64,000 bases of DNA, taken from Armatimonadota bacterium (GTDB lineage: Bacteria > Armatimonadota > HRBIN16). How positions within the stretch are numbered: position 1 is the stretch's first letter; the number at the start of each line of letters is the position of its first letter. Positions 30,870 to 40,609 of the stretch are shown here, in pieces. Under the pieces are notes generated by a model. That model did no database searches and was not told the origin of the DNA. It worked only from the letters and a program-made list of their open reading frames with translations. The position numbers and the translations under genes are program-made. The stretch lies in NCBI GenBank assembly GCA_963677485.1, contig OY781964.1, positions 1,440,001 to 1,504,000 of the forward strand. The letters are read 5' to 3'.

Positions 30870-31189
30870 GCAAGGCACCACTCAAGCCGTGCGCTAAGGT
30901 CGGCTGCCGTGAGCTGGTGCGCGGCGTCCGCTACTGCAAGGCGCACACCAGGGACGAGTCGGCGCGCGTGCAGTCGCAGGATCGCGGCTACAACGAACGC
31001 TGGAAGCTGATCAGGCGGCTCTATGTGCAGAAACATCCGCTGTGTGAGGTCTGTATGGCGCCGGTGGAGATTGTCCACCACAAAACCCCCATCGCGGAAG
31101 GCGGCGAGCGCTACAACTACGACAACCTCCAAAGTCTGTGCCGAGTCTGCCACGGCAAGGCGCACGGGGGAGGGGGGTCGATATGTTGA
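30866..31189 (+). CDS. HNH endonuclease (terminase-associated)
   Basis: HPLCEVC, VHHK, NLQSLCRVCH. Confidence 0.9.
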   Translation: MSKAPLKPCAKVGCRELVRGVRYCKAHTRDESARVQSQDRGYNERWKLIRRLYVQKHPLCEVCMAPVEIVHHKTPIAEGGERYNYDNLQSLCRVCHGKAHGGGGSIC

Positions 31190-31437
31190 GATGCTTTCAA
31201 ACCCCCACCGCGCATTGGGTCGTTTGTGCGAGAGATCAAATTCCAGTTTTTTGGTGCTTTGTATGTAAACGGTAATATAATAACGGTTGCGTGCGTAATG
31301 ATGGCAAAAGTTGCTATGTAATGACGGTACGGAGATATTCAATAATTGGTCGGTGGTTAATCGGGAGTAGGTCGAGAGTTAATCTGGAGTTGGTCTGTGG
31401 TCGGTCTGTAATAAGTCGATGATGGGTGGGTGATGAC

Positions 31438-31920
31438 ATGAGTGCGAACAAAGGCAGGAAGCCGGCAGCAGGTAATGATGTGTTGGGCGGAAACACTACA
31501 TCATCTGATGCAGGCGGTTACGTTTCGGATGGGCACAAGGGATCATCTACCGCAGGTGGCGATTCCATCAGCCAGAGATTATCTCCACCGAGTCACCTCG
31601 GACAGTATGGCAGAGCAGAGTGGCGAAGGATACTTCCAAAGCTCATAGGCATCGCAACTAACCTTGACTATGCTGCATTGGTTGCTTATTGCAGTGCATA
31701 TAACACCATGATCCAAGCGGATATCCTACTTAACCAGCAAGGGTTGATCATCGAGACTGAGAAGGGAATGATAGCACATCCTGCCACCAGAATTAAAGCA
31801 TCAGCTTCGGACCAGGTGCGCAGGTATCAAACAGAGTTTGGGCTTACTCCGCTGGCCAGGTTGAGGGTGCAGCCGTCGCTGCCAGAGGGCGATGAAGATG
31901 ATCTGGCGAAAATGTGCTAA
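31438..31920 (+). CDS. Terminase small subunit, P27 family
   Basis: PPSHL, EWRRI, LVAYC, HPA, EFGLTPLAR. Confidence 0.85.
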   Translation: MSANKGRKPAAGNDVLGGNTTSSDAGGYVSDGHKGSSTAGGDSISQRLSPPSHLGQYGRAEWRRILPKLIGIATNLDYAALVAYCSAYNTMIQADILLNQQGLIIETEKGMIAHPATRIKASASDQVRRYQTEFGLTPLARLRVQPSLPEGDEDDLAKMC

Positions 31921-33662
31921 GGCCATATTTAGAACTTAAGGAAACCAAACAGTGGCGGTTCGATGAAGAAAAAGCGGACCGCGCATGCAGGTGGATGGAA
32001 GGCCTGCGACTCTGGGAAGGTGAATGGGCTGGGCGCAAACTTGAGTTGATGGCGTGGCAGCGGAGAACCATCCGGGATATCTTCGGGTGGGTGGACCGCA
32101 ACACCGGTATGCGCCGGTTTCGGTATGTGCTGATTGTTGTGCCGCGCAAGAATGGCAAAACCACCTTCAACGCGCCGATCGCAAGCTACATGATGATGGC
32201 AGACGGCGAGCCAGGCGCCCAGGTGTATGCAGCCGCGGGCGATTTGCCGCAGGCTACCATTGTATTTAACTCCACGCTCAATATGCTAGAGGCGCAGCCG
32301 TCTCTGTGGAAAATGTTGCGGCCGATCAAAAGCTCCAACACCGTCGTCTATCCCAAAAAGCACAGCAGTTTCACGGCTATATCAAAGATCGCTGATGCTC
32401 AGCTTGGCAAGAACCCTCACTTCGTTGTCTATGATGAGCTACTGGTGGCCAAAAGCAGGGAACTGTTTGTCGCACTCGAAGGTGGTATGGCGGCGCGGCG
32501 GCAGCCGATGATGATGATGCTGACCACCGCTGGACTGGACCGGAGCACCTTGTGCTGGGAGCAGTATGACTACGGCAAGAGGATTCTAGCAGGCAAAATC
32601 AAGAATGACCGCTGGTATCCGGTGATTTATGAGGCCGAAGAAGGCGCGGACTGGACATCTGTCGACGTGTGGAAGGCCGCCAACCCGAGTTGGGGTGTGA
32701 CCATCAACCAGGAATACATGGAAACGAGGTGTCAAAAGGCCAAAGATCAGCCCAGTAACCAGGCTGATTTCAAGAGATTCCACCTGAATATCTGGACGAA
32801 CAGCTCCGAAAGATGGCTGGATATGAGCAAATGGGATGCCTGCCAGGCGGAACCGCTTGAGCCGCTGGAAGGTCGGGCATGTTATGGCGGGCTGGACCTG
32901 TCGAGCACCATCGACCTGAGCAGTTTGTGCCTGGTGTTTCCGAATGATGATGGATCGTATGATGTGATCTGGCGGACATGGACGCCGGAGGCGACGATGG
33001 CGGAGCGGGCGCAGCATGACAGCGTGGAATATGACGAGTGGGCACGGGCAGGCTGGTTGAGCACGACTCCCGGGGAGCGTCTGGACTACCGATACATCCG
33101 GTCCGAGATCAATGCCCTGGCGGAGAAATACGACATCATTGAGCTGGCCTATGACCCCTGGGGTGCGGCGCATCTGGCCACCGAGCTAAGTGAAGAGGAT
33201 GGAATCCAGATGGTGCAGTGTAGGCAGGGGTTCATCACGCTGTCGAGCCCATCGAAAGAACTAGAGGCTGGGGTGGTTCTAGGGGCATCAACACCGGAGC
33301 AGGTTGAAGAATACCGAATCAAATTTGAGGCCGATCAGGATCGCCGGTTTGAGGAATACCAGATCGCTTTTGAGCAATTAAAAGCAGCGGGTGAAGATAT
33401 CAGCGTGTGCAAACCATTCGTCCGGCAGGAATGGAAATACAATGCTCTGCGTCATAATGGGGACCCCGTGGCGCGCTGGTGCGCCAACAATGTGGCGATC
33501 GTGAGAGATGATGCGGACAATATCAAGCCCACGAAATCCAAATCGAGCGGAAGGATTGACTGCATTGTGGCGCTGGTGACGGCGATGAGCCGCGCGATGA
33601 TGAAGGGCGGCCAGCCTAAGCGGAGCGTTTATGAGGATCGGGCGCCGTATGTTCCGGAGTGA
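31914..33662 (+). CDS. Terminase large subunit
   Basis: LMAWQ, PRKNGKT, YDEL, TTAG, GLDLS, YDPW, RIDCIVA. Confidence 0.95.
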   Translation: MLRPYLELKETKQWRFDEEKADRACRWMEGLRLWEGEWAGRKLELMAWQRRTIRDIFGWVDRNTGMRRFRYVLIVVPRKNGKTTFNAPIASYMMMADGEPGAQVYAAAGDLPQATIVFNSTLNMLEAQPSLWKMLRPIKSSNTVVYPKKHSSFTAISKIADAQLGKNPHFVVYDELLVAKSRELFVALEGGMAARRQPMMMMLTTAGLDRSTLCWEQYDYGKRILAGKIKNDRWYPVIYEAEEGADWTSVDVWKAANPSWGVTINQEYMETRCQKAKDQPSNQADFKRFHLNIWTNSSERWLDMSKWDACQAEPLEPLEGRACYGGLDLSSTIDLSSLCLVFPNDDGSYDVIWRTWTPEATMAERAQHDSVEYDEWARAGWLSTTPGERLDYRYIRSEINALAEKYDIIELAYDPWGAAHLATELSEEDGIQMVQCRQGFITLSSPSKELEAGVVLGASTPEQVEEYRIKFEADQDRRFEEYQIAFEQLKAAGEDISVCKPFVRQEWKYNALRHNGDPVARWCANNVAIVRDDADNIKPTKSKSSGRIDCIVALVTAMSRAMMKGGQPKRSVYEDRAPYVPE

Positions 33663-33776
33663 GGAGTCAGGAGACAGGAGTTAGGAGACGGGAGGATTCC
33701 CGGAGGCCAATCAGGAGATTGGCGTTCCCAGGGGCGTTCCCTATTCTGACTCCTGACTCCTATCTCCTGTCTCCTT
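33661..33776 (+). repeat. AGGAG-NN heptamer array / inverted CTCCT array hairpin element
   Basis: GAGGAGTCAGGAGACAGGAGTTAGGAGAC ... TTCTGACTCCTGACTCCTATCTCCTGTCTCCT. Confidence 0.8.
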
Positions 33777-33831
33777 CCCCCAGTTCCCAAAATGTGAGTT
33801 AACCGCCCTAGTAATTGGAGGGCTTCATATT

Positions 33832-35028
33832 TTGAGATGGCCGTGGCAGAAGGAAAAGCGAGCAGCGGTAACCCACCCGTTTTATATTGGCGGGTCCGAC
33901 CGGCTTGGCCGTCCGAGTAATGCGGCGATTCAGATCGCGGCACTGCATCGGTGCGTGGCCGTGATCAGCGAGAACATCGCGTCGCTTCCAATCCACGTAT
34001 ATCAAAACACTAAAGATGGTTCGGTTCCCAAACCAAACCACCCACTACAATCCCTCCTTTATTTGACCCCAAACAAGCGGATGATCCCGTTCACTTTTTG
34101 GCAGACCACAGTTGAGAACACCGTGCTGCTTGGCGACGGCTTTGTGGAAATTTTGAGAGACCAGGCGGCTCGACCATATGAGCTTTGGCCGCTGGACACG
34201 AAAGCCACACGAGTGGAAACAGAGGATGACGGGACCCCCAGATACACATTTACAAAAGACAAATCCGAATACCGGCTTAAAGACCGGGATGTGATGCACA
34301 TCCCTGGTTCTGGATACGACGGTCTGCGCGGGACTTCGATGCTCGAGCGGTTTCGGACCGTGTTCGGGATCACGGTGAGCGCGGATGTGCTGGCTGAGAG
34401 TTATTTCCGGCAAGGCGCAAAACCGAGCGGCGTGCTGAGCACTCCGGATTCGATGAGCCCAGAAGCCGAGAAGAATTTGATCGACGGCTGGCGGCGGTTG
34501 TATGAGGGCGCGCACAATGCGGGGCGGATCATGATGCTTCAGCAGGGCATCAAGTTCGATCCCCTCTCTGTCAACTTTTCCGATTCTGAGTTCCTGAAGA
34601 ACCGCGAGTTTCAAGTGGCGGAGGTGTGCCGCGTTTTCGGCGTGCCGATGCACATGGTGATGGCGGCGGGTGGAACCTATGCCAGCGACGAAGCGCGCAC
34701 GCGGGACTTTTACGCGTTGACGCTGCGGCCTTGGATTGTGCGGCTGGAGCAGGCGATTAACAAAAGTCTGCTGATGCCGAGTGAGCGTGGTCGGCTGTTT
34801 GTGAAGTTTGAGGTTGGGGGCTTGCTTCGGGCGGATGTGGATAAGCGGAACGCGGCTTATGCGATCGCGAAGCAGAACGGCTGGATGAGCACGAACGAGA
34901 TCAGGCGGCTGGAGGACCTTGCTCCGATTGAGGGCGGAGACACGTATTATGTGCCGCTGAACATGGTGCCGGTGGGCGAGGCGGCGAAGCTGATTGGGGA
35001 CGGCGAGCCGGGGAGCGTGAGGAAGTGA
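33832..35028 (+). CDS. Portal protein, HK97 family
   Basis: IASLP, PNKRM, GLRGTS, PSGVL, VFGVP, STNEIRRLEDL. Confidence 0.95.
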   Translation: MRWPWQKEKRAAVTHPFYIGGSDRLGRPSNAAIQIAALHRCVAVISENIASLPIHVYQNTKDGSVPKPNHPLQSLLYLTPNKRMIPFTFWQTTVENTVLLGDGFVEILRDQAARPYELWPLDTKATRVETEDDGTPRYTFTKDKSEYRLKDRDVMHIPGSGYDGLRGTSMLERFRTVFGITVSADVLAESYFRQGAKPSGVLSTPDSMSPEAEKNLIDGWRRLYEGAHNAGRIMMLQQGIKFDPLSVNFSDSEFLKNREFQVAEVCRVFGVPMHMVMAAGGTYASDEARTRDFYALTLRPWIVRLEQAINKSLLMPSERGRLFVKFEVGGLLRADVDKRNAAYAIAKQNGWMSTNEIRRLEDLAPIEGGDTYYVPLNMVPVGEAAKLIGDGEPGSVRK

Positions 35029-35076
35029 GCAAGGAGACATCCTGGGAGACAGGAGTCAGGAGGCGGAGGGGAAGAT

Positions 35077-35691
35077 ATGGGGAAATTGGCAACTGATCTT
35101 CAGTTTCGGTGGATGGTGCCGGATGCTGAGATGCGGATGGCGGGGGATGAGGGCCGGACTATTACGGGGTATGCGGCTGTGTTTGACAGCGAGGCGAAGA
35201 TTTGGGGCGACATGACCGAGGTGATCAGGCGCGGGGCGTTTGATGCTACCGACATGAGTAAGGTGGTGTGTTTGTTTAACCACTCCTATGACCAAATGCT
35301 GGCGAGTGTGAAGGGCGGGACGCTGAAGCTTGCTGTGGATGAGCGCGGGTTGAGGTTTGAGGCCGATGTGGCCAGGACCGCGATGGGCGATCAGGTGATT
35401 GAGCTTGTGAAGCGCGGCGACCTTCAGGGGTGCAGCTTTGCGTTTTGGACGAAACACGATTCCTGGACCGATATGGGTAACGGGCAGATGCTTCGGGAGC
35501 TGCTTGATATCAGCGCGATTGATGATGTGGGTCCGGTGGTTCGGCCGGCCTATGAGGCCACCAGCGTGGCCATGCGGAGCTACTACGAAAGTCAGCTCAA
35601 ACAACCGGAGGCGGAACCCGACACACGGGCGAGCCTAAACGACGACTGGCGAATATTGATCGCCGCAATGGAGGAAACGCATAATGCGTGA
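35077..35691 (+). CDS. Prohead protease, HK97 family
   Basis: GYAAVF, LFNH, DERGL, GCSFAF, PAY. Confidence 0.9.
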   Translation: MGKLATDLQFRWMVPDAEMRMAGDEGRTITGYAAVFDSEAKIWGDMTEVIRRGAFDATDMSKVVCLFNHSYDQMLASVKGGTLKLAVDERGLRFEADVARTAMGDQVIELVKRGDLQGCSFAFWTKHDSWTDMGNGQMLRELLDISAIDDVGPVVRPAYEATSVAMRSYYESQLKQPEAEPDTRASLNDDWRILIAAMEETHNA

Positions 35692-36862
35692 GAAATTGAT
35701 GGAGCGACGCCAGGCGTTGCTTGATGGCATCCAGGAGATGCTTGCTACTGCCGAGGCCGCCGGGCGCGACCTGACCGAAGATGAGCGTGCGAAGCGCGAC
35801 AAGAACTTGACCGATGTAAAAGCGATGACCGCGGACCTGAAGGCGATGGATGAAGCCGAAGAGCTTCGCAGTTTGGTGACCCCTACCCCTGCGCGGCGTG
35901 CTGTTGGTGCGAGTCATGGCCCGAGCGTGGCAGAAAACCAGAAGCTGATGATCAGCCCTGAATACAGGTCTGCATTTGAGGGCTGGATGAAGTCAGGAGA
36001 TGACCGAGAGATGCGTCTGCTTGGTGCCACTACCGGATCGAGCGGCGGATTCCTGGTTCCCACCGTCATCTATGATGAGATTTTTGACGCGACACTGAAG
36101 CTATCTCCAGTGCTGGCCCAGGTCAAACACATCAACAGCACCGACGACAAGCTGGCATTGCCGATCAAAACCACGGCAGGCGGATTTGCCTACGTAACCG
36201 AAGGCAATAAGCCGAACGCGAATGACCCTGCGTTGAGCCAGTTGATCCTTGGATCGCTCAAGGGGCAGTGGAACATAACCGTCGACGAGAACCTCAGGAA
36301 CAGCACTGTGGATGTGGCATCCTGGATGAGCGGTCTGTTTGCCGAAGGGCTAGCTGAGTTCTTGGAGGCTGAGATCATCACCGGTGTGGACACCACCGCA
36401 CTGGCTGGAATACTGGTGGGTGGCACCGTCGCATTGACCACGGCCAGTGCAACCGCGATCACACGGGCTGAAATTGAAAAGTGCTATTTCGCGATGCCAT
36501 CCAAATATCTCGGCACCGCGATGTGGGTGCTGAGTGGAACTGTGGCTGAGAAAATAGCCGCGATCGCGAACAGTGTGACTGGAGACTTCCTGTGGGCCCC
36601 AAGCCTTGCTGATGGCTATGCCTGGAAAATTCTTGGCAGACCGGCTTTGGTCACCGATGGTGCCCCCGCTTGGGCCGCGAACAAAAACTTGATCGCATTT
36701 TTCAACCCTGGCAGCTATCTGCTTAAGGATGGCGGGCTGGAGATTAAGGTAAGTGAGCACGCCGCGTTTGAGAGCTGCGGGTTGGTTTACCGCGCGGTGT
36801 GGGTTGGAGACGGCGGACTGGCCGCAGCCACCCACGCGCAGATCATCAAGAGCAAGGCCTAG
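35684..36862 (+). CDS. Major capsid protein, HK97 family
   Basis: N-terminal coiled delta domain, GGFLVP, ILGRP. Confidence 0.9.
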   Translation: MREKLMERRQALLDGIQEMLATAEAAGRDLTEDERAKRDKNLTDVKAMTADLKAMDEAEELRSLVTPTPARRAVGASHGPSVAENQKLMISPEYRSAFEGWMKSGDDREMRLLGATTGSSGGFLVPTVIYDEIFDATLKLSPVLAQVKHINSTDDKLALPIKTTAGGFAYVTEGNKPNANDPALSQLILGSLKGQWNITVDENLRNSTVDVASWMSGLFAEGLAEFLEAEIITGVDTTALAGILVGGTVALTTASATAITRAEIEKCYFAMPSKYLGTAMWVLSGTVAEKIAAIANSVTGDFLWAPSLADGYAWKILGRPALVTDGAPAWAANKNLIAFFNPGSYLLKDGGLEIKVSEHAAFESCGLVYRAVWVGDGGLAAATHAQIIKSKA

Positions 36863-36880
36863 CTTTTAAGGAGTTAGAAG

Positions 36881-36944
36881 ACCGTAGGGGCGCGGTGACC
36901 CCGCCCCTACGGTAAGGCGAGGCCAATCATGAGATTGGCGTTCC
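36881..36944. repeat. GTAG REP hairpin plus CCAATC/GATTGG REP motif after the capsid gene
   Basis: ACCGTAGGGGCG...CGCCCCTACGGT; GCCAATCATGAGATTGGCGTTCC. Confidence 0.7.
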
Positions 36945-36965
36945 TATGGAAAGGACCGTAAAATC

Positions 36966-38861
36966 ATGGCAGATAATTATATAGGCAGGGTAACGATAGA
37001 TGGGAACGCGCCAGCGGCACCAGTTTCAGTTCAGCCGATTGTGAATGGTGCGCCGGTTAGTGCAACTAATCCTCAACCGACAACTACCGCCATTACCTTC
37101 CCCTCCGCCCTCACCACCACCGACAGCGGCGTGCGGAGGATGCAGCCGCTGACCTGGGAGGCGGGCGCATCGGTTAGCAACATGGTTGGGCTTGGAAATC
37201 GAGAGCGCGTCAGCTCGCTGTTGATACCTGCCTCCGGCTGGGCAGCCACGGCCACGAGGATTTATTTTGACATCTCGGACGATGGAACCACATGGTATCC
37301 TGCACGCGACTTGGCTGGTAACTTGATCTACGCTCAAGTAGGAGCTTCTGCGGCGTCATACGGGATTGGGCTCTCTGATGAAGAGCGTGCCCGTATCAGC
37401 CGTAAATTCGTGCGCATGAAAAGCGCAACGGACGCTGCTGCTCCCGTGACGCAGGCGGCGGCCGTGAGCTGTGTGCTTGGCAGCATGAACGCCGGCACAG
37501 TGAACCCATACAGCACATGGAGCTTCCGTGTGGCGGCGGGGGGCTCAATCAATGCGGAGGTCATCAGCGCAGGGCGTGTGACGTGGGCGGTCTCAGACGG
37601 AACGGGCACCACTACCACGATCTCAAGTGCATTAGTGTTGACCACAATCGCGAAAACTGTGGATGTCGTCTGCACTGCGGCGTTTGCTTATGAGGGAAGT
37701 TATATCAATGTCAACAGCAGCATATATCTGACATTTAAGCTGCTGGACCTCCCGAATAATCTAGAAAGATTAAGGCTCTCCAACACCCCACTGGTGACGG
37801 GCGCGTTGAATGACCTGAGCAAGGTTCTGACCTCTCTCACCCTCTCCAACACCCCACTCGTAACGGGCGCGTTGAATGACCTGAGCAAGGTTCTGACCTA
37901 TCTCTACCTCTCCACCCCACTCGTAACGGGCGCGTTGAATGACCTGAGCAAGGTTCTGACCTATCTCTACCTCTCCACGCCACTGGTGACGGGCGCGTTG
38001 AATGACCTGAGCAAGGTTCTGACCTCTCTCACCCTCTCCAACACCCCACTCGTAACGGGCGCGTTGAATGACCTGAGCAAGGTTCTGACCTCTCTCACCC
38101 TCTACAACACCCCACTCGTAACGGGCGCGTTGAATGACCTGAGCAAGGTTCTGACCTCTCTCACCCTCTCCAACACCCCACTGGTGACGGGCGCGTTGAA
38201 TGACCTGAGCAAGGTTCTGACCTATCTCTACCTCTCCACCCCACTCGTAACGGGCGCGTTGAATGACCTGAGCAAGGTTCTGACCTATCTCTACCTCTCC
38301 ACGCCACTCGTAACGGGCGCGTTGAATGACCTGAGCAAGGTTCTGACCTCTCTCACCCTCTCCAACACCCCACTCGTAACGGGCGCGTTGAATGACCTGA
38401 GCAAGGTTCTGACCTATCTCTACCTCTCCACCCCACTCGTAACGGGCGCGTTGAATGACCTGAGCAAGGTTCTGACCTATCTCTACCTCTCCACGCCACT
38501 GGTGACGGGCGCGTTGAATGACCTGAGCAAGGTTCTGACCACTCTCTACCTCTACAACACCCCACTCGTGACGGGCGCGTTGTCTACTGATTTACCGACT
38601 GCGCTAACTGTTGAGTTGAGGCTTGTCGGGCTTACGTTGGTGACAGGCTCTTTCACAGCCACACAAGTTCCTGCCAGCAACAAGGCAGTGAGGTGCTATG
38701 ATTGCGGATTTAGCCCGACTGACACCGACAATATGATCATAACTCTTGAAAGTGTGGGTAGTTCAAACGGTGTAGCCGTGTTCGAGACCAACCGCACAGC
38801 GGCATCTGACGCAGCGTTGACTGCACTTCAGGGTCGCGGTTGGACTGTGACTTTCGCCTAG
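36966..38861 (+). CDS. Phage protein with C-terminal LRR-like tandem repeats
   Basis: 12 full repeats of TPLVTGALNDLSKV-LTxLxL(S/Y)(N) with LxxLxL spacing; cap-like end RTAASDAALTALQGRGWTV. Confidence 0.8.
   Translation: MADNYIGRVTIDGNAPAAPVSVQPIVNGAPVSATNPQPTTTAITFPSALTTTDSGVRRMQPLTWEAGASVSNMVGLGNRERVSSLLIPASGWAATATRIYFDISDDGTTWYPARDLAGNLIYAQVGASAASYGIGLSDEERARISRKFVRMKSATDAAAPVTQAAAVSCVLGSMNAGTVNPYSTWSFRVAAGGSINAEVISAGRVTWAVSDGTGTTTTISSALVLTTIAKTVDVVCTAAFAYEGSYINVNSSIYLTFKLLDLPNNLERLRLSNTPLVTGALNDLSKVLTSLTLSNTPLVTGALNDLSKVLTYLYLSTPLVTGALNDLSKVLTYLYLSTPLVTGALNDLSKVLTSLTLSNTPLVTGALNDLSKVLTSLTLYNTPLVTGALNDLSKVLTSLTLSNTPLVTGALNDLSKVLTYLYLSTPLVTGALNDLSKVLTYLYLSTPLVTGALNDLSKVLTSLTLSNTPLVTGALNDLSKVLTYLYLSTPLVTGALNDLSKVLTYLYLSTPLVTGALNDLSKVLTTLYLYNTPLVTGALSTDLPTALTVELRLVGLTLVTGSFTATQVPASNKAVRCYDCGFSPTDTDNMIITLESVGSSNGVAVFETNRTAASDAALTALQGRGWTVTFA
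37776..38582 (+). repeat. 63/66-bp coding tandem repeat (12 full units plus a partial)
   Basis: Invariant ACGGGCGCGTTGAATGACCTGAGCAAGGTTCTGACC core. Confidence 0.95.
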
Positions 38862-38885
38862 AGGCGCGCCTGAAGGAGGGCATAA

Positions 38886-39101
38886 ATGGCATATCAAGTA
38901 AGTTTCTATGACGGGCTAGAAATCGACGTGGCCGAGGATGTGGACGGCTTTATCGAAATTGCATCCAGCGCTGACATCACAGGCCAGCCGGACGTTCCAG
39001 ACGGCGTATGGCCAGACCGCACCGGTGACTACGCCTTTGTGATGTATCGCCCGACTGCCACCGGCGCGGTTGCGATTGTGGCTATGGAGGTAACCGAATG
39101 A
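38886..39101 (+). CDS. Hypothetical phage protein
   Basis: RBS AAGGAGG, 71 aa. Confidence 0.6.
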   Translation: MAYQVSFYDGLEIDVAEDVDGFIEIASSADITGQPDVPDGVWPDRTGDYAFVMYRPTATGAVAIVAMEVTE

Positions 39102-39442
39102 GCTGGTTATCGAGTTTAATGAGCGGGCTAACGAAGTGGTGGAAAAAAAACAACAGCGGCGGAGATGTGGTTCGCAATAACAAGGCACTCGTTCGACGCA
39201 CGGTGACCGCCGTGGTGGCGGAGGTGTGGGCGTTGAAGGCGCAGGGCGAGGTATCGGCCAACACGTTCGCGCAGAAGCTGATCGCGCGCGTGCTGGCGCC
39301 GCTACCTGACGGCGTGGAGCTGCTGGCTTCGGTGCTGGTTGAACCCAAGGTGCGCACCTGGTGCCACGCGGTGTTCACACTGCGGTGTTCGGAGGCTGAG
39401 GCTGTGGAGTATCTGATGGCGAAGCTGGTGGGACTGCCATGA
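39098..39442 (+). CDS. Hypothetical phage protein
   Basis: Coupled ORF, amphipathic N-terminus. Confidence 0.55.
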   Translation: MSWLSSLMSGLTKWWKKNNSGGDVVRNNKALVRRTVTAVVAEVWALKAQGEVSANTFAQKLIARVLAPLPDGVELLASVLVEPKVRTWCHAVFTLRCSEAEAVEYLMAKLVGLP

Positions 39443-39478
39443 TGGGAGGAGTCAGGAGGCAGGAGATAGGAGACAGGA

Positions 39479-39877
39479 GTGGATAAGGCGTGGCGCGATG
39501 TAATCAACGCCGTGTCTGTGGGTGCTCTGGCGGCGTTTGTGTGGATTCCTGATCTGGTGTCGATGCTTCTTGGCTTGATCGTGATGGATATCGCCACTGG
39601 GATGGCATATGCTTACTGCAACGGCAAGGTGTGCAGCTCGATCCAGCGAAAGGGGCTGGTGAAGAAATCTCAAGTGTTGCTACTGGTGACCGCTGGATAT
39701 TGGGTCCAGCACTGGGCCGGCGGCGGCATTCCGGTAGGTCCAGCCATCGCCGCATTCTATTGCGGCAACGAACTGCTGTCTATTATTGAAAACGCGGGGC
39801 GCTTGGGTATCCCCATCGCCCCTGCTCTTCGCAAGGGCTTGGCGGCGCTGAACAAAGAGGATGACGAAAAAGAATGA
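39479..39877 (+). CDS. Holin (phage holin 4 / toxin-secretion family)
   Basis: MDIATG, SSI..KGLVKK, NELLSIIENAGRLGIPI. Confidence 0.88.
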   Translation: MDKAWRDVINAVSVGALAAFVWIPDLVSMLLGLIVMDIATGMAYAYCNGKVCSSIQRKGLVKKSQVLLLVTAGYWVQHWAGGGIPVGPAIAAFYCGNELLSIIENAGRLGIPIAPALRKGLAALNKEDDEKE

Positions 39878-40458
39878 TTACAATGAGCTCCGCGGAAACC
39901 CCTGTGCTTCCGCTGGCGACGACTGCCGAGGCGGTGGCGCACATGAGGTTAGTGACATCCGATGCGGGTGAGTTGGCTTACATCCAGGCGTTGATTGATG
40001 CAGCTACGGAGTTCATTGAGAGCGCGGCGAATGCGAGCCTGAGCGTTCGGGAGCGGGTGTTTGAGATCAATGCGCAGGGGTGTTGTGGGGATTACATGAG
40101 GGCGACCAGCCGGTCGCCCCTACGTGAGAGGCTGCCGTATATGCCATTTTACACTGGGGCGCTGGATGTGGACGCGCCGGCGATGGTGGCGGTGGATGAT
40201 GACGGCGTGGAGACGGCGGAGACGGTGAACGCGGAGCAGTTGCGGCGCGGGTATGTGGACCTTCCTGCGGTTGGGCGGTATATCCTGACGGCGACAATGG
40301 GACCGGTGACGATCAACCCGATGGCGAAGCAGGCGTGTCTGCTGCTGGTGGGGCACTGGTATGAGCACCGTGAGGCTGTGGATGACGGTCGGGCGCTTTC
40401 CGAGGTGCCGATGACTGTGAACACGCTGGTGAAGCAGCTGTGGAGACCGATGTCTTGA
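39874..40458 (+). CDS. Head-tail connector (gp6-like)
   Basis: AHMRL, LIDAATEFIE, KQACLLLVGHWYEHRE. Confidence 0.85.
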   Translation: MITMSSAETPVLPLATTAEAVAHMRLVTSDAGELAYIQALIDAATEFIESAANASLSVRERVFEINAQGCCGDYMRATSRSPLRERLPYMPFYTGALDVDAPAMVAVDDDGVETAETVNAEQLRRGYVDLPAVGRYILTATMGPVTINPMAKQACLLLVGHWYEHREAVDDGRALSEVPMTVNTLVKQLWRPMS

Positions 40459-40596
40459 GAATACAGAAGGCAGGAGATAGGAGACATGTTGAGGAGTAAG
40501 GAGACAGGAGATAGGAGTCAGGAGAATACCCGGACCTGCGGATCCGGTTCCTTCCCTGTTCCCATTCTGACTCCTGACTCCTGTCTTCTTCCTTCC
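40459..40596 (+). repeat. AGGAG heptamer hairpin element
   Basis: AGGAGACAGGAGATAGGAGTCAGGAGAATACCCGGACC ... TTCTGACTCCTGACTCCTGTCTTCT. Confidence 0.8.
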
Positions 40597-40609
40597 AGGA
40601 GGCCGACAG

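Noticed and set aside
31170-31260. cos site between HNH and terS
   Set aside because: Position and G-run are suggestive, but the exact cohesive end cannot be defined from sequence alone.
33285-33440. Intein in terminase
   Set aside because: Too short and lacks C/S...HN-C/S/T termini.
37776-38582. CRISPR array or DGR variable region
   Set aside because: Repeats are in-frame with recurring rather than unique spacers and there are no cas genes. Variable codons change at positions 1-2, but there are also an indel and C/G synonymous changes, and no template repeat or DGR RT is visible.
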